Of a DNA stretch of 64,000 nt, positions 13,568 to 26,590 are shown in pieces. Within the stretch, counting starts at the first letter, position 1, and the number at the start of each line of letters is the position of its first letter. The translations under genes were made by a program, and so were the position numbers. The DNA is from Phoronis australis (taxonomy: Eukaryota; Animalia; Phoronida): assembly GCA_002633005.1 (NCBI GenBank), contig NMRA01000059.1:619133-683132 (forward strand). The letters are read 5' to 3'. The notes under the pieces were generated by a model. It was given only the letters and a program-made list of their open reading frames with translations. It was not told the DNA's origin and made no database searches.

Positions 13568-16500
13568 ATGACAGAGCAGGGAAGAACCGTTCCACCGTCG
13601 AGTGCAGTTTTCAACGGTACGGTGTCGCTATTTAACGATGTTATGCATCGCAATTTCTATACCATTTAGTAATGATGGCGTTGTTGTTTTGATCAGTCTA
13701 AGAATAGCCAAATTTCGTTACAAACTACACGAAGTTGTTTTTGGCTCAAAAATCAAACTGAGCATAACTTTCGTGTGCCGTTTTGGAGAAAAACATCAGC
13801 CCTGAAAGCGAGATTTTTGTGTTCTTGTCAACGTCTTAATGTTCGGCCATTTTGTTGCGAAACCGGATCGTTAGACTAGAATAGGCCTGCCCAGTGATTT
13901 TTTTCTACTAGTCGTCAGTTTCACGAGTGATTTTTAAAATTCTGTCGCATACTAGAATTTGATTGATGGACGTGGAATTTGCGTTATTCAAGCTTCGTTA
14001 AACTTCACAGAGTAGTAAAGGGAGAACAAGCGCAATGTAGATTGTCAAGCCCTCGTAACAAACGTTGAGACATCCTTAGGGTATGCGTGTGAGAATTATC
14101 AAAGGCGAAGGAAGGCTTGGTTCAGTGTGGGAGGGAGGGGGGGGGGGGGGGNGTTATACCCGCCAGCAACAGTTTTACCTCTTCTTTGGTCACTTTAGAG
14201 AGTGAGCGACAAATTAATTGATTTCGCTAAAGTTTTACATCTGTGGTCCCAAAATCAGTTTTCTACAGGTGCCATCAACGAGCCTCCTCTAAGAGTTGGG
14301 TTGTATATCAAATGATACACACTTTCTACAAAAAGAGAGTGACAGTAGATTCGATTATTCCTTGCCAGAGAAGGGTTCCCGGAAAAATACAATTTTGAAA
14401 TTGTCGACTCTTGAAAATCTGCGTGGTCTAAGGCCTTTTTTAAACTGGGACTGCCTGACAAAAATGTCCTGACCAGGTACCCGAAGAGTAAACCCTTCAC
14501 TCACCGTTTACAAATGCTCCCTAAATTTGTCTCCTACATGTTTTGCTTTGAATTTCTTTTCACGACTATCGCTGACCCACGCTGCCCGCCTATGGTGGCC
14601 TCCACGAAGGTTTCACCGTCACGTCTGCCAAATATTGAAGGCACATACCCTTCGGTTCACCTCACTCCCTTCTGAAAACTGAATTAATTTATTTTGGACA
14701 GTATAATACTACTTCATCTTTTTCGTAGAGAACTTTGGTTTGACCGATTTTTAAAATCAGCTGTTTCGAAAAACTTGTGTAAATTGATAAATACAATTTA
14801 TGATTAGACGAAAAGATCATAGACTCTTTGAAATAGAATGTTTATCTTACTGCAAACTTAGTTTCAAGGCAAATCGTCCGCGTCTATAACAAATCCTTAC
14901 TTGCAAATTCGCGGCACCATACATGTACATAAGGAAATTTAACAGAAGGAAAAATTGAAACGTAAGTATTAAATTTTCAATTTGTTTTTAAAGAATCCTT
15001 AATTAAAACTCTTTTGTGTAGCCTTGTGGTTAATCACGAATCTTATTTATTCAATTCCTACTTTTATATATTTCGATCAATGTGAGAAAATACAAAAAAA
15101 AAATCACCGTACACAACCATTCTACTGTTCACGTCCTGATATACCTGATTAGATTATAGAATAGACATGTGCGCATTGCTCTAGTCTTTATCCACTCACA
15201 TTCAAGCAGACAAAATCTTGTATCCAATAACAATTTAGTTGCTGAATGGGTATCCAAATACCAATTCCTTAAGTCCGATTCTCACGTTTTGGTACATATG
15301 TGATAAAAATCTCTAATTATCCTCAAAATATGTTGATGCTACCGGAAGTAGAAGTCATGAACTCAGTCTCATATCAAAAAGAATTCTGAACGGTTATCTT
15401 AAAAAAATACCTTGGAATAGAGCATATATTCTTTTGTTGTTTTAATCGAACAATCTATACTGTTACTGGTGTATGTCCTCCAAATCATTCAAGCAATCAT
15501 TTCTTTGTCAAGTAACACTGCGTGGCAGCAAGCACAAAATAATTATAAATAAATAAAACGCTATTTCTAGTACATCTAACTTAAGTTACAATAAGATTGC
15601 ATGACCACGCCTTTCAAATACCCCAAGGCATAATTTTTAAGGCATATTTGATTAATTCCAAAGATATACTACAATTAGTTTCATTCACCTTGAATGATAC
15701 TAATCCACCCAAACACGATTGTGACGCAGGAGCTGAAAGGTCAGCTTGTGCAAGACTTGCAAGCATCCTCATTTTTGTCCATACGGCCATTTTGAAGTGT
15801 TTTTTGATCCTGATACCAATATCATCATTTGTATGCATACATGAATCTAGGGCTTGATTTATTTTTGATACTTGCAGTCATCATGATTCAAGGTTAATAT
15901 CGAATGATTATTTCCCTAGCTGTCATTTCTCCAAAATATACATGGTAGACAAACAAGGACAAGGAACTGCAACTTTTATAAGTTGTTAGCAATGTTTGTC
16001 CACATGACCAAAGATCCTCGGATTGCGTCAAGTTCTTCGGGAGATATAAATATTTACGATTTCAGCTAATTAGTAACTGATTATGTAACTCAGGATTAAT
16101 GAGGTCAAAATTGTTTGCCGCTTGAGTATTGGTAAAAAAAAGCAAGTTAAAATTCTCATTTGGACATAACATTTGCACATAATTGCCTTATTTTGAGTGT
16201 TATAGACATATTCAGTAGGAAATAGTAGTGATTGTGAAATTGTAACGTGACCTTGACCTTGAATGAAAGCAACTAAATCGAGTTCCTTGGATAACAAATC
16301 GGGGTAAAAATCCTCAAGTTTCTTCCAGTGGCTCGAGATATTTTATTTGTTTAAACATTTAAAAACTATTGTTAATTAGGACGTAATTATGCATGAATAT
16401 CACGATTACTGCAGTCAAAATTGTTTGCTCTATATTGAAATTGAAAAAAGCACGTCTGGTCATATGTACAAGGGATGTCAATTTCTTCAAAAACCTGCAC

Positions 16501-17343
16501 AGAGGTGCCTTATTTAGACCCTTATAGTGGGTACCTCCTGAACAAAAAAGAGTAGACTGTAAAAGTTGTTATTAAATCGTAGTGAGAAAGCGTGTAAATG
16601 TTGAAGGATTTAATTTTGAGCCACGACACAAAGAGTATATTCTATAAAACACAATCTTACGTTAAGGACTAAACTGCTTAAAACTAGAAATTTTTGGTGT
16701 GATGACGAAGTGTTTCCAAGTACAGTTTCTAAAATTAACTGATTGGGTAATCAAGTTTGCTTAGTAATGACACCTGTTAGGTGAATTTTGAAAATAATTC
16801 AAATCGAAGTTTGAGCAACGAAAACAAAAAAATAGACGGTTTCAGAATATAAGAGTTTTAACTTTTTGTGCTTGTTGACATTCCTTCGGACAAAATATCA
16901 TCACCCCAATTGATCATCAGTAAGTGGTCTTCACCGAAACTCAATTTTCACCTCACATGCTACAGTTTGCACAATATTAGCTCACATTGCAAGGTTCTAC
17001 AAACCTACGTGTTAGAGTTTTTGGCACACCAGTTAAGACCGAAATATCGCGAATTGAGAAGCGTTTGTCAAAAGTAGACACCCTTCAATTGCGGCTACGT
17101 CTTCTTGCTTTCACAGGAAATAAATGGACGGCAGACTACGAGTACCATTCTCATCCCAACTGTGTTTGGGTTTGTGGACAGGTCCAGAACATAAGGGGCA
17201 CTTCATACTATCCATGGAGTCTTGCATGCGTGTGTGGCAGGCATGGTACACGTGAAGATGGGCACTACAGGGAGGAATGTCAGTACTTACGTCTGAGACA
17301 GAACCAAGAGCAATTTTACATATGTCGTTGTCGGTGCCGTTAA
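13568..17343 (+). CDS. Cys/His double-repeat family member 2; exons 13568-13616 (tentative) and 17117-17343, 91 aa
   Basis: Core exon after ttgctttcacag (phase 1): NKWTADYEYH-SHPN-CVW...WSLACVC...GH-YREE-CQY...FYICRCRCR*. Candidate exon 1 MTEQGRTVPPSSAVFN G|gtacgg is phase 1 and resembles the paralog leader KSVPP. The core exon is solid; the exon-1 pairing is less so. Confidence 0.75.
15638..16512. mobile_element. Possible non-autonomous DNA element within an intron
   Basis: Short inverted termini taaggca...tgcctta and an internal tgaccttgacctt motif; no second copy in the window. Confidence 0.3.
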
Positions 17344-18858
17344 GAACAGGAACTAATGTCAAGACCAAATATTTTTTTCAGTGGAGAAACTTCGAAAGAC
17401 TTTAGTGACCGAAAATTGCGCAAAAATACATGCTCCGACGTGACCTTTCACGTGGTCCACAAAAGGACGTTCGTCACGAAACGAGATATATTGTCGAAAG
17501 AAACTCAAATAAGGTCGTGTGACGTCAGTTTAAAGTTTCCTTTGTACTTCTGTCAGAATGCATTTTGTTTTTAAGCTACTCTACAATTACATTCAATTAT
17601 GAATACGTTTTTCAACAGTGTGTGTTTTACATTATTACAAATGATTGTACAAAATGTAATAAATTTTTACTTCTTTTACTCTGGGTTGAATTTTTCTTTT
17701 TCATGTTTGCAATAGTACACATGACATACGAATTCCTAAAGTCGAAACAAATAGCTAAAACTACAAAATGTCAACTCTTAGCACGCCGTAATATTTCACT
17801 GAGTCGTCGCTGACACTAAGACGGCATAAGATTTCATTATATTCGAAGTAGTCTTTTCGCTACATCAGTTGCGTCACAACTGATACTTTTTGGTCTTGTT
17901 GTCACATTGATGCCCAAACCTTTTGTAGCTGTCAAATCCACGGATGTTAATGATATACCGGTAGTCTTTAATTGCCGATTTGGATGTTTCCGGAACATTT
18001 TCGGCCTTGTTCGTGCTAAAATGTAAAATGTTTGTCGTTCTACCGCTGTGTATATCTAACTCAAGAACAATGCCATGTGTAAGGCCAAAGCCTCACAAGC
18101 GAAACTATTCAAATCCTGAAATCATTATGAATGCGACGCTTCTCAATATGAGGTAACGACCTTAAAGTCTAAATACGGCATTTTCTGTTAGCACTTAAAT
18201 GAAACAATCCTCAATATCACACCAGAGCTGAAGTGAGATTAAATTGATTTTCTGAAAATAGTGGGTGGAGCAAATAGAAAACTATATATTTTTTGTCTAA
18301 AATTGACACTGAAGCCATGTCCAACTTAGCTATGAGGTAATAGAGACTTGTACCAGTTATTTTAAGAATTTAAAAGTTTACTGACGTAGCCACGGGGGTG
18401 CACAGCGGAGCCTTGATCTCCCTGGTCGGAACTCATTTCAATTTTGCGTTATCACCAGGCTATCTCTCATTTCAGACCGAAATCAGGCTAAGGCAGAAAT
18501 TGTGTTTACAACTCAAAGCCAAAAAGACAGAAACGCGTACTCTGCTCGGGAGCAAACAGAAAAACAAAACCAAAAGACAAAAAATCTAGTGTCTGTAAAC
18601 CCTTCGAGAAACAGGTACCGGGCTACCTCAGTCACTGAGCGTATATTTCAATAATCTCTTTCGACCGATGAAATGTATTCCATTTTCTTAAAAGGGTGAA
18701 AAAACGAAAATCAAATTCAAGAGCCACGCAGCACAATACACCTTCAGTGCGTTGTAGAGCCTATCTCAGTGGGAGCGTGGTACTTATATAAGGACACGTT
18801 ACACTGTTGATACTTCAGAAAACAATAAATGATGGCACGAAAATGTGAATTATTACAG

Positions 18859-19108
18859 CGTCGATTCCAAACAATGGGACCTGCCAACGCCACAGTGACG
18901 ATAAATGCAAGTGGGAAAAAGTTGGAACTAGAAAGTGGAAAAGTACGTGCACAGACAACTGCAAAGGGAAGCATCCGGATGGAATGACAGACGAGCACAA
19001 GTCGGACACGTGCGAGTGGATTAAAGGAACCTATTGCGGGGCGAACCTGCGGAGTACTACTACTTCTGCCGTTGTGTCTGCGGTCGCTACACGTTGACTA
19101 ATCTCTAA
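18859..19108 (+). pseudogene. Family member 3, core exon with a 1-nt frameshift
   Basis: After tattacag: SIPNNGTCQRH-SDDK-CKW...WKSTCTDNC...DEH-KSDT-CEWIKGTYCGAN. The expected (P)AEYYYFCRCVCGRY continues in a shifted frame from about 19047. No intact phase-1 first exon found; a degenerate SVNPSRN candidate lies at about 18590-18614. Confidence 0.8.
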
Positions 19109-21331
19109 GGTCAGGCGAAACCATCCGAAAATAAATGAAGAAACGTTTTCGAAATAGTCCTTATAATCTGAATGCTATTGCTATTCTTTGACCGAGCTTA
19201 TATTATAAAACTTTAATCAGCTTTTTAATTACTATTTTATCTTTTTCATATTAAGTATTTGCGCGCAAGTTTTAATGTTATTTCATTCGCGTCTTCACTC
19301 CAAAACATTTCATGGTTATAGCGCAACGTAATTGTAGCCTGTGATATAAACAGCAGATGATCCACGATTTTAATGGACATTTGCGCAATCGTAGTTCTAA
19401 ACAGAGAACTGCATAACCATTAATGTCGTGATCAGAATTATGAAAGTCTATGTGAGCTTCACTTTTTACGTCAATTCCCACCAATTTCAACGCGTGGTCA
19501 AGTTCGCCCAACAAATCTACAATTATATGAAATGTTTGCGCACGTTTACTTGAGATGATAATGTAATGATTGTCACTTATAGTAATTGTGATTGTAATAT
19601 TGCAGAGTTTCCTTAATTAAAAGTGTGACTGTAGTGAAGTCATTGAGCCTTTGTCGAAGCATACGATAGCGGTGCGAGTTACTGGGCCTTCCGTCACACA
19701 CCGTTACTGGACAACCTGAAAGTCGTTATACTAGGCAACTCTCTGAAAGTCGTTATACTAGGCAACTCTCTCGTCGTACGTGTTACATGAGACACAAGCT
19801 TGCCCTTTGTCCAGTAGGGCCTGGCTGGTAATGGTTTGGTGATGCCCGGGACGATTTGTTATGAGATGCCCCTCTCTACAATATTACTGAAAAATGTTTG
19901 AAAGATGAAACATAAAGTGAAACTTAATTCAATTTCACAACAAATCAGTCACAATTTTCAAAAGATTTGTTCGTAGTGATTGAGTGGATGTCCCCATCAC
20001 CTCTTTAAAAAGAGTCTTAAATCGTTCCTTACTCACACCACAAGTGATTTTTGGGTTTGTAAAGAACTGTCGACTGTTATTGCTTGAAATCATAAGTTGG
20101 ATTCACTCGATTGAAGGTTTCATACGCCAAGCTTGGACAGAGACCATAAAGTACGCGCCCAGACGTCACTTCTGCTGTCAACAAGTGACAAGTAAGAGTT
20201 GTAGAGATACACGTTAGTCACGATATTCATTAAGAAATACAATTGCGTTTTCATGTTAAATTAATCTTAAAAATAATTATAGCAACCCCGTGAAAGGCCA
20301 GAAGAGTACGCCGGCTACGGAGCAACTGCAGCTATTGAAACCAGGGCTGAGTGAGTTCCTTAGCCGAGATCCAAGAGATCAGTATAGTTCATGCTTATCT
20401 TGGTCACACTTATCCGTTTAGCAGACTTTATAAGGGGTTTACAATTGTTTGTAAAAACTTTTGAGGATTGTTGAAAGTTACAGAGCAATAGTTTATTTCA
20501 GAGAACTGGATTGGAAAGTGGTTATTACTATAATATGTTATATGGCCAAACCGGGTTGGGTGTCCTTTTAAGTTTTACTGGAAGCGTAGCCTCTGTTAGG
20601 AATCGTTGATTTATAACAAAATCCCTAAAACACAACAATCCTTCCCAAAAGCACGCCCAAAATGCAAAACCCCTTATGTAATTTTAAACAACAGGTAAAT
20701 TCCAAAAGGTCCGCCCGTAGAAACGCTTGATAAAGAACCTAAATAAACGAAATCGTGAGCAATTATGCGCATCCCATACGCCTTATGCAATTAAGGGGAT
20801 TGTTAATTTATTTCTGTTTTTGTTGATAAAGGAAGTTGTTACATCCGAAAATTTCAAATTTCAGTTGATCCATTCTTGTTGTTTTATTTACCGATTTAAT
20901 TTGAAAAAAATCCCGACAATATAAAAGATCTTTTTAAAATCATAGAAAATCAAAAAAATGAAAATTCAAACTAAACGACTTTCACAAAATCCTAATAAGC
21001 AAACTTAAAAGCTACCAGGTAAATTAATTGACAAGAGGAATTGGACGTTTTATTGTTATGCATGCAATTCGCTCGATTGAAAATCCCTAATCAAGTAGAC
21101 CACACGATTGTGCGGAATTTGGCAATGAGTTAGCGCAATCGGTGCGAAAAACAAGCACTGCAGCTTAATGATAAAGCTACGCAGACGAGATAAAACCAGT
21201 CAATGAATTAGAACTTCAGGACTATACAACTGAATAGTTAATGTTGCGTACTTAGTCAGTCTGGATAAACGAATAAACTCAGTGGTACAGGAGTAAAGGA
21301 GAGCAAGTGTAGGACGAAACACAACAGAAGT

Positions 21332-21592
21332 ATGAGCTTCAAGCAAGTCCCGCTCAGGAGACAGAACGAGGCTCAAAGGGTTCCTTCTTGGAGTGTCAAG
21401 CTTAGATATGATTATGAAGTGCACAAACATAGCGAATGCAGATGGACTCAAAAGGGGGATGAATGGACTCGGACATGCAAATGTGGTAACCAAGAAGACG
21501 GAGAAAAGGAATTCTGTGGATCGGGAGAATGCAAATGGATGAAGAAAATGTACAAGAACGATCATTACTTGATCCATCGCTGTCATTGTTGA
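21332..21592 (+). CDS. Family member 4, intronless, 86 aa
   Basis: Single ORF containing the leader MSFKQVPLRRQN-E and the core YEVH-KHSE-CRW...WTRTCKC...EFC-GSGE-CKW...YLIHRCHC*. Confidence 0.85.
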   Translation: MSFKQVPLRRQNEAQRVPSWSVKLRYDYEVHKHSECRWTQKGDEWTRTCKCGNQEDGEKEFCGSGECKWMKKMYKNDHYLIHRCHC

Positions 21593-23328
21593 GGTTACAG
21601 CTTGGATACAAGAAAATGTGGAGGCTATACGCGATCAAACGTGGAGGCTTTACGCGATCAAATGTGCAGGTATACGCAATCAAACGCCCAGTAATAGAGC
21701 TCGTGGCGGATGCAGTACAATAGCGAACTAAGTAATTATATGTCAAACATCCGCATGGGAAAGGTTTAAAGTCCCTCTATGGTAGTCGCACTGGAACCTT
21801 TTGTTATTGACGGTCAAGAAGAGTAAAAAGTATAAAGTAAAATAACGAACGTCGTAACTAAACTATATTAAAAGATTTTGAGATACATTAGTACCGATGT
21901 TCGTCGTTTTACTTACTGTTTTACTGAACCTTTTATGTTATGTTATAGAGAAGTTATAGTAAAGAGAATGTTTCTTATTTGCTTCGTTGCAGGCCACATG
22001 AATTTGAAGGCGAGTTTCTCAAAATACACAATGTATGTCGAGCTCGGCTATGTTTTGGTGACCCAAGACTTTAGCCTGCTCTTGCTGCGAATCTTTTTCG
22101 CTTATGAAACAAAACATGAACAGCGAATTCTAACCCATGATTCATGAATTGTATTGTATAATTGAACAATATTAATGTCCTCAACCTCATCGACCTATCA
22201 CTTTGTTGGGTTACGCTGGTAAGACCTCGAGTGTAATCGCGAAACACTTGCAAGTCTCGCGTGATGTGCAATCTGCTTGTTCTTGCTTTTCTCGCAAGAA
22301 ACTTGGCCAGAAGGCTACCCTGATCCTGAACCAGCACATTCTCAGTATAAATGCAGGATGTTTCAAGTCGCCTTTTTCAATGAAGCTAAAACTTAAATAT
22401 TGTAAATTGGACAATCATTACTTTTATGAGATGTGACTATTTGTGATAGGATTCACAACCTTGCAAGTGACACGGGCTGAAATAAATCGGCCAGGGGAAT
22501 TGCAACAGACGGTGGATTATTCATTGGATGCGACCCAAGGATAAATAAGCTAAAGATATACATGTACACGGATATAGATTAGAAACTACATTAGCAAAAT
22601 CGGATTATTCCGTTAATCTCGTAAACGTGACAAATAGCAGGGGGAAGTTGCCAAGCGAGATTATGAGAGATTATGCGCGCTTTTGGAAGAGAAATCCTGC
22701 AACTTTTACGTGACATTATGGCTAGAATGTTCTACCGCAATATGTATGGAAGGCACGGTCACAGCGGTTTACAGTTCGACGCTTTGCTAATAGAGCTAAA
22801 GCCAATGTGACAAGATATGGTCACTGGACTCGACTCCAGATAATTCTACTGAATGACTAGAAGTCAACGTTGGGAATGGCCAATTTTAATGAAATGATAA
22901 AAACACCACGGATTTTGGTATTTTATAGGTCAGATCAAATAACTTCACAAAGATTATCAAAATGAAAAATCGCTTGTCATTTCACCTCAACAAACGCTAC
23001 ATTTGACCATAGTAACTTTACCATGTTTCACATCTTTGCCCTTTTATTTCCATAAAAAAGGAAGTCAAGCTCAGAAGAATTTGGCAGAAAACGCAACATT
23101 GATACTGTTCATCCCTCAGCCACCGCAGGTCCAAATGGTCAAAGCGTCCCAAACTATCAAAACCTGTGAACTGTAGCATTTTAGGTCAGCGTTCATTGCT
23201 GGCTCAAATTGTCATAATCGCTTGCCAAAACTGTCGCAACAACGTATAACGTGTCAATGGAATATTATGGCTACAGTGACGGAATGCTATATCAAAAAGG
23301 TGTGGATTCCCCATTACGAACTGAAATG

Positions 23329-24496
23329 TATGGTGGGCCGTTAAGAGGAAAGTGTCGACGTAAAATTACGCTCGTAATTACGAGCGTAAATTAAATTGCA
23401 AAAGTGTTGCGGTAAAATTACGCTTGTAAATTAAATGGGGGAAATGTCATCGTAAATTACGCTTGTAAAATATTTAGAACGTTTCAAACCAATCAGTGTT
23501 AACCTAACATACACGAAAAACCAATATGGCAACGAATAGACATGGAGATGACTTTCTGTTGAATGTGCAGCGAATTGTAAATGACACGCAGCAGCGATTT
23601 GATTAGCCATCTCGATGATTCAGTGCTCGTAACCTGTCAGTAAATAAGAATTTAGGTGGCACTGGACAGTTAGACTGGTGCCGTGGCCAATTTGCACTCC
23701 CGAAATGTTAAAATGTAGGGGTAGGCCAGACTTGGGGACATTTTTAGTTAGGTATTGTATGTAGGCCAAGTGAATGTGGTTTGTTTGTATTTGCTGAGAA
23801 TTAAAAAGGCCACTTGCTCGGCTGTAGCTGCACTCTTCTTCAAGAAGGCGGCCCCCTGTTGCAATTGTGCATTGCTGTGTAGCAACTGAGAAATTGGCCG
23901 CGATTTCAGGTGGACCTCAAACAAGCCAGATTTACAAAAAAACTAGTAGGTTGACAGTACTTTTAGACCACATTTTTGGAACTTGTAGGAAATTTGCTTT
24001 CGGAATCTAATGTTGGCTTTAGTCGAGGATCGGCAGGGAAGTGGTGGTTTTGGGGTGAAAAGTGCCGATTTTGCATTTTTGCCCTTACTTTTCTTAGTCT
24101 AGCTTGGTTTCTACTGGTAGTGAAAGGGTCAAAAGTATAAGAGAGAACAAACTTTCTGTGCTCATCTGTAGGGCTTGTGATCTGTAATGATTCAAAACTT
24201 TTCTTTATTTGCATGCAGTTTTCGACAAAGTGAAGAAAGGGTGAAGAGTCCATTGACGTGTGTTCTGATAGGCAAACCCCTCTGAGAACTGCTAAGTGCC
24301 TCCTTACATGAGCACGCGCGAATGTGAGTTGTAAAACCAAACGTCATTGGCTAAGTCGGAATTCAAATTCAATTACGAGGGTTAATTTAAGCCGTAAAAA
24401 TTAAATCACGCTCGTAATTTTACGGCGTAATTAACGGTGTAAGTAACGGCATAATGTATATAATTACGCTCACTTTCCCCCCAACGGCCCATCATA
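23329..24496. mobile_element. Non-autonomous TIR DNA transposon, TA-flanked (Tc1/mariner-like)
   Basis: TA-tggtgggccgtt...aacggcccatca-TA termini; clusters of subterminal aattacg/cgtaatt repeats at both ends; no transposase ORF recognised. Confidence 0.7.
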
Positions 24497-24518
24497 GAAA
24501 ACACTGCTGTGTTAAAAC

Positions 24519-24675
24519 CAGGGGTGTGTTCAGTAGACGCTAGGACCTACGCTAGGACCTAGCTAAAACCTAGTCGAAGTCACGTGTTCTTATTCAAAAT
24601 GCACGGCAATTTCGCACGTAATCTCGCGAAGTCTTACTTTTTAGCGAGGTCCTAGCATTACTGAACGAGAGGCTG
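24519..24675. mobile_element. MITE-like element (inverted copy of 2809-2966)
   Basis: cagg..gttcagta...tactgaacgagaggctg termini; aligns with the reverse complement of 2809-2966. Confidence 0.65.
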
Positions 24676-26086
24676 TAGTTGCAACGCCGGGTGTACGCAA
24701 ACGGTCGCCAGCAGATGAGATTCACGCGAGTACATGAATGGACTGCGCTAGTGTCAGAGCATTTTAATATCATATCTGTATTAGTAGGCCTAGGTTACGT
24801 AAGGATTGACTTTATTTGAGGTTAACAATTTACTGTCTGCACCTAGAATAACAGTTATGAGCAACAAGGTTTGCGATGACGCTAGCACCTTCTCAAATCT
24901 TTGTGGTAATTTTGCACCGTCAGGTGTCGTGCGTATGCTCAATAACGACTCGACTTTACTGCACTCTTTCCTATTAGTACGACCGGTGAAGCTATGACGG
25001 GGGACAAGGGTACGCTTGTTAGCTTCGCTAACCCTGCCGAATGAGGTCTTCCAATATAAGACAGTCAGGGGCATACCACGTACACTGGGTTACTCTTGCT
25101 AACGATTCTGCATATTTGTATCGACTGAAAACTGTCAGTCACATATCAGTAAACTTAAACTTCTAACTACTGTCATAGTCAACCTTGGTTTTTAAGAATA
25201 ATTTAGTTCAACTCTGGTCTCTAAAAGTACAAGGAGTCAGACGGTATGCTAAGTTTTCATTAATACATGTGATTACTTCGAAGTAATAACCCTAAAATAT
25301 ATGATAAAATGATGATTTAGAGCAGGTAATAAGGCTATTAGTTACGAGATGAAATGCGTTTTTATTTTGTATAAAAATAATTTAATGCCTAACTTTAAGT
25401 AACTGAATGGGCGACTATTGGATGGAAACAGAACACATCTTTGGTCACTTGAAATAACACTATACACGCGGTGGCACTCTTAAAAACAAACCTTTGAGAA
25501 ATTTGCTCAAAGTGTGCCAATCACTAAAATCAATCTTACAGTATTGAGTTTTGTATTACGATGAGTCACAAACCTTCCAGGTCTTTCTATATCTCGTTCG
25601 GAAAACCCAAACACAACCAAAGTAGGCCAAGAACACGCATACCAGAGAATAAAATGGCGTACAATTGTTTTAGAAACACCATGTGTTTACAGTTGTTGGA
25701 CAGCAGGGAATCCAGTGTTATAGTTGACCTGAGAAATCTTCTTTATTCAATGCCGATGATCAATTACGACCGGTTAGTTATCGCTAAAAATAACACGGCC
25801 GAGAAATTTCCCGTAAAACCAAAAACCATTAACGCAAGACATCAACTAAACAGCTTTCAACTGAAAACTCCTGACGGGGAATCTAGAAAATATCCTGATA
25901 ACTTTAAGTAATACAATGAGTTTTAGGCCCTGGTTCAGGTCGCCGGCTCGACATAAGATACATTGCTTAGATATTTCCTTCGAATTTTCTTAAAAAGAAG
26001 TGGATAAAACCAAGAAAAATGAGACGATCATGTAGCTCAAAGTGAAGAGCGTATTCACTTGAAACTAACAATGAATCAAGCGCGAA

Positions 26087-26590
26087 ATGAGTGCTCGACC
26101 TCCAATTCCCCACAGAAAGTGGAGAGTAAGTCAACTTTTATACTACTTATCTTGTGGATTCATATATGTCACGGGTTCGCGGTTCACAAGAAAATAAAAT
26201 AAGACCAGCCACTGCAATTTGAACACATATCAACGATACAGCCACGTTTCACAAACTGCGATAAAAGACTGACTCAAACCACGAGGTCTCCAGAGAATCT
26301 GCTCGGGCATTTGCCTATTAATGACTAGCAAATAAAAAGCTTGAAGTAGACGTCACAGTGGACATCGGAATCATAGCGACTCGCGCGAACGGGGTCAGCT
26401 CATCCCGCCACACATACAAGGACTATTTGCCAAAATAAAATTCCCAAGATGAATTATCAGCGAAAAAATTCCGTATAACATAACATAAATGAAGCCCCGC
26501 GTATAGCAAACCCCCGGCGATTGCGATTAAGCGAGTTTCCTGATCTTTCTTTTTCGGGTATACGAAACGAGCAAACCGGTGCATCCCAGA
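26087..26590 (+). pseudogene. Orphan first-exon relics of the family
   Basis: 26087-26125 reads MSARPPIPHRKWR|gtaagt (phase 0). 26567-26590 is a truncated homolog of the MSRPVHPR exon with ATG changed to ACG, and its upstream sequence matches 38090-38198. No core exon follows. Confidence 0.55.

Noticed and set aside
21590-21694. TGA after the final Cys of member 4 as selenocysteine or readthrough
   Set aside because: The TGA is not at a conserved Cys position, the downstream peptide comes from short repeats, and I identified no SECIS.
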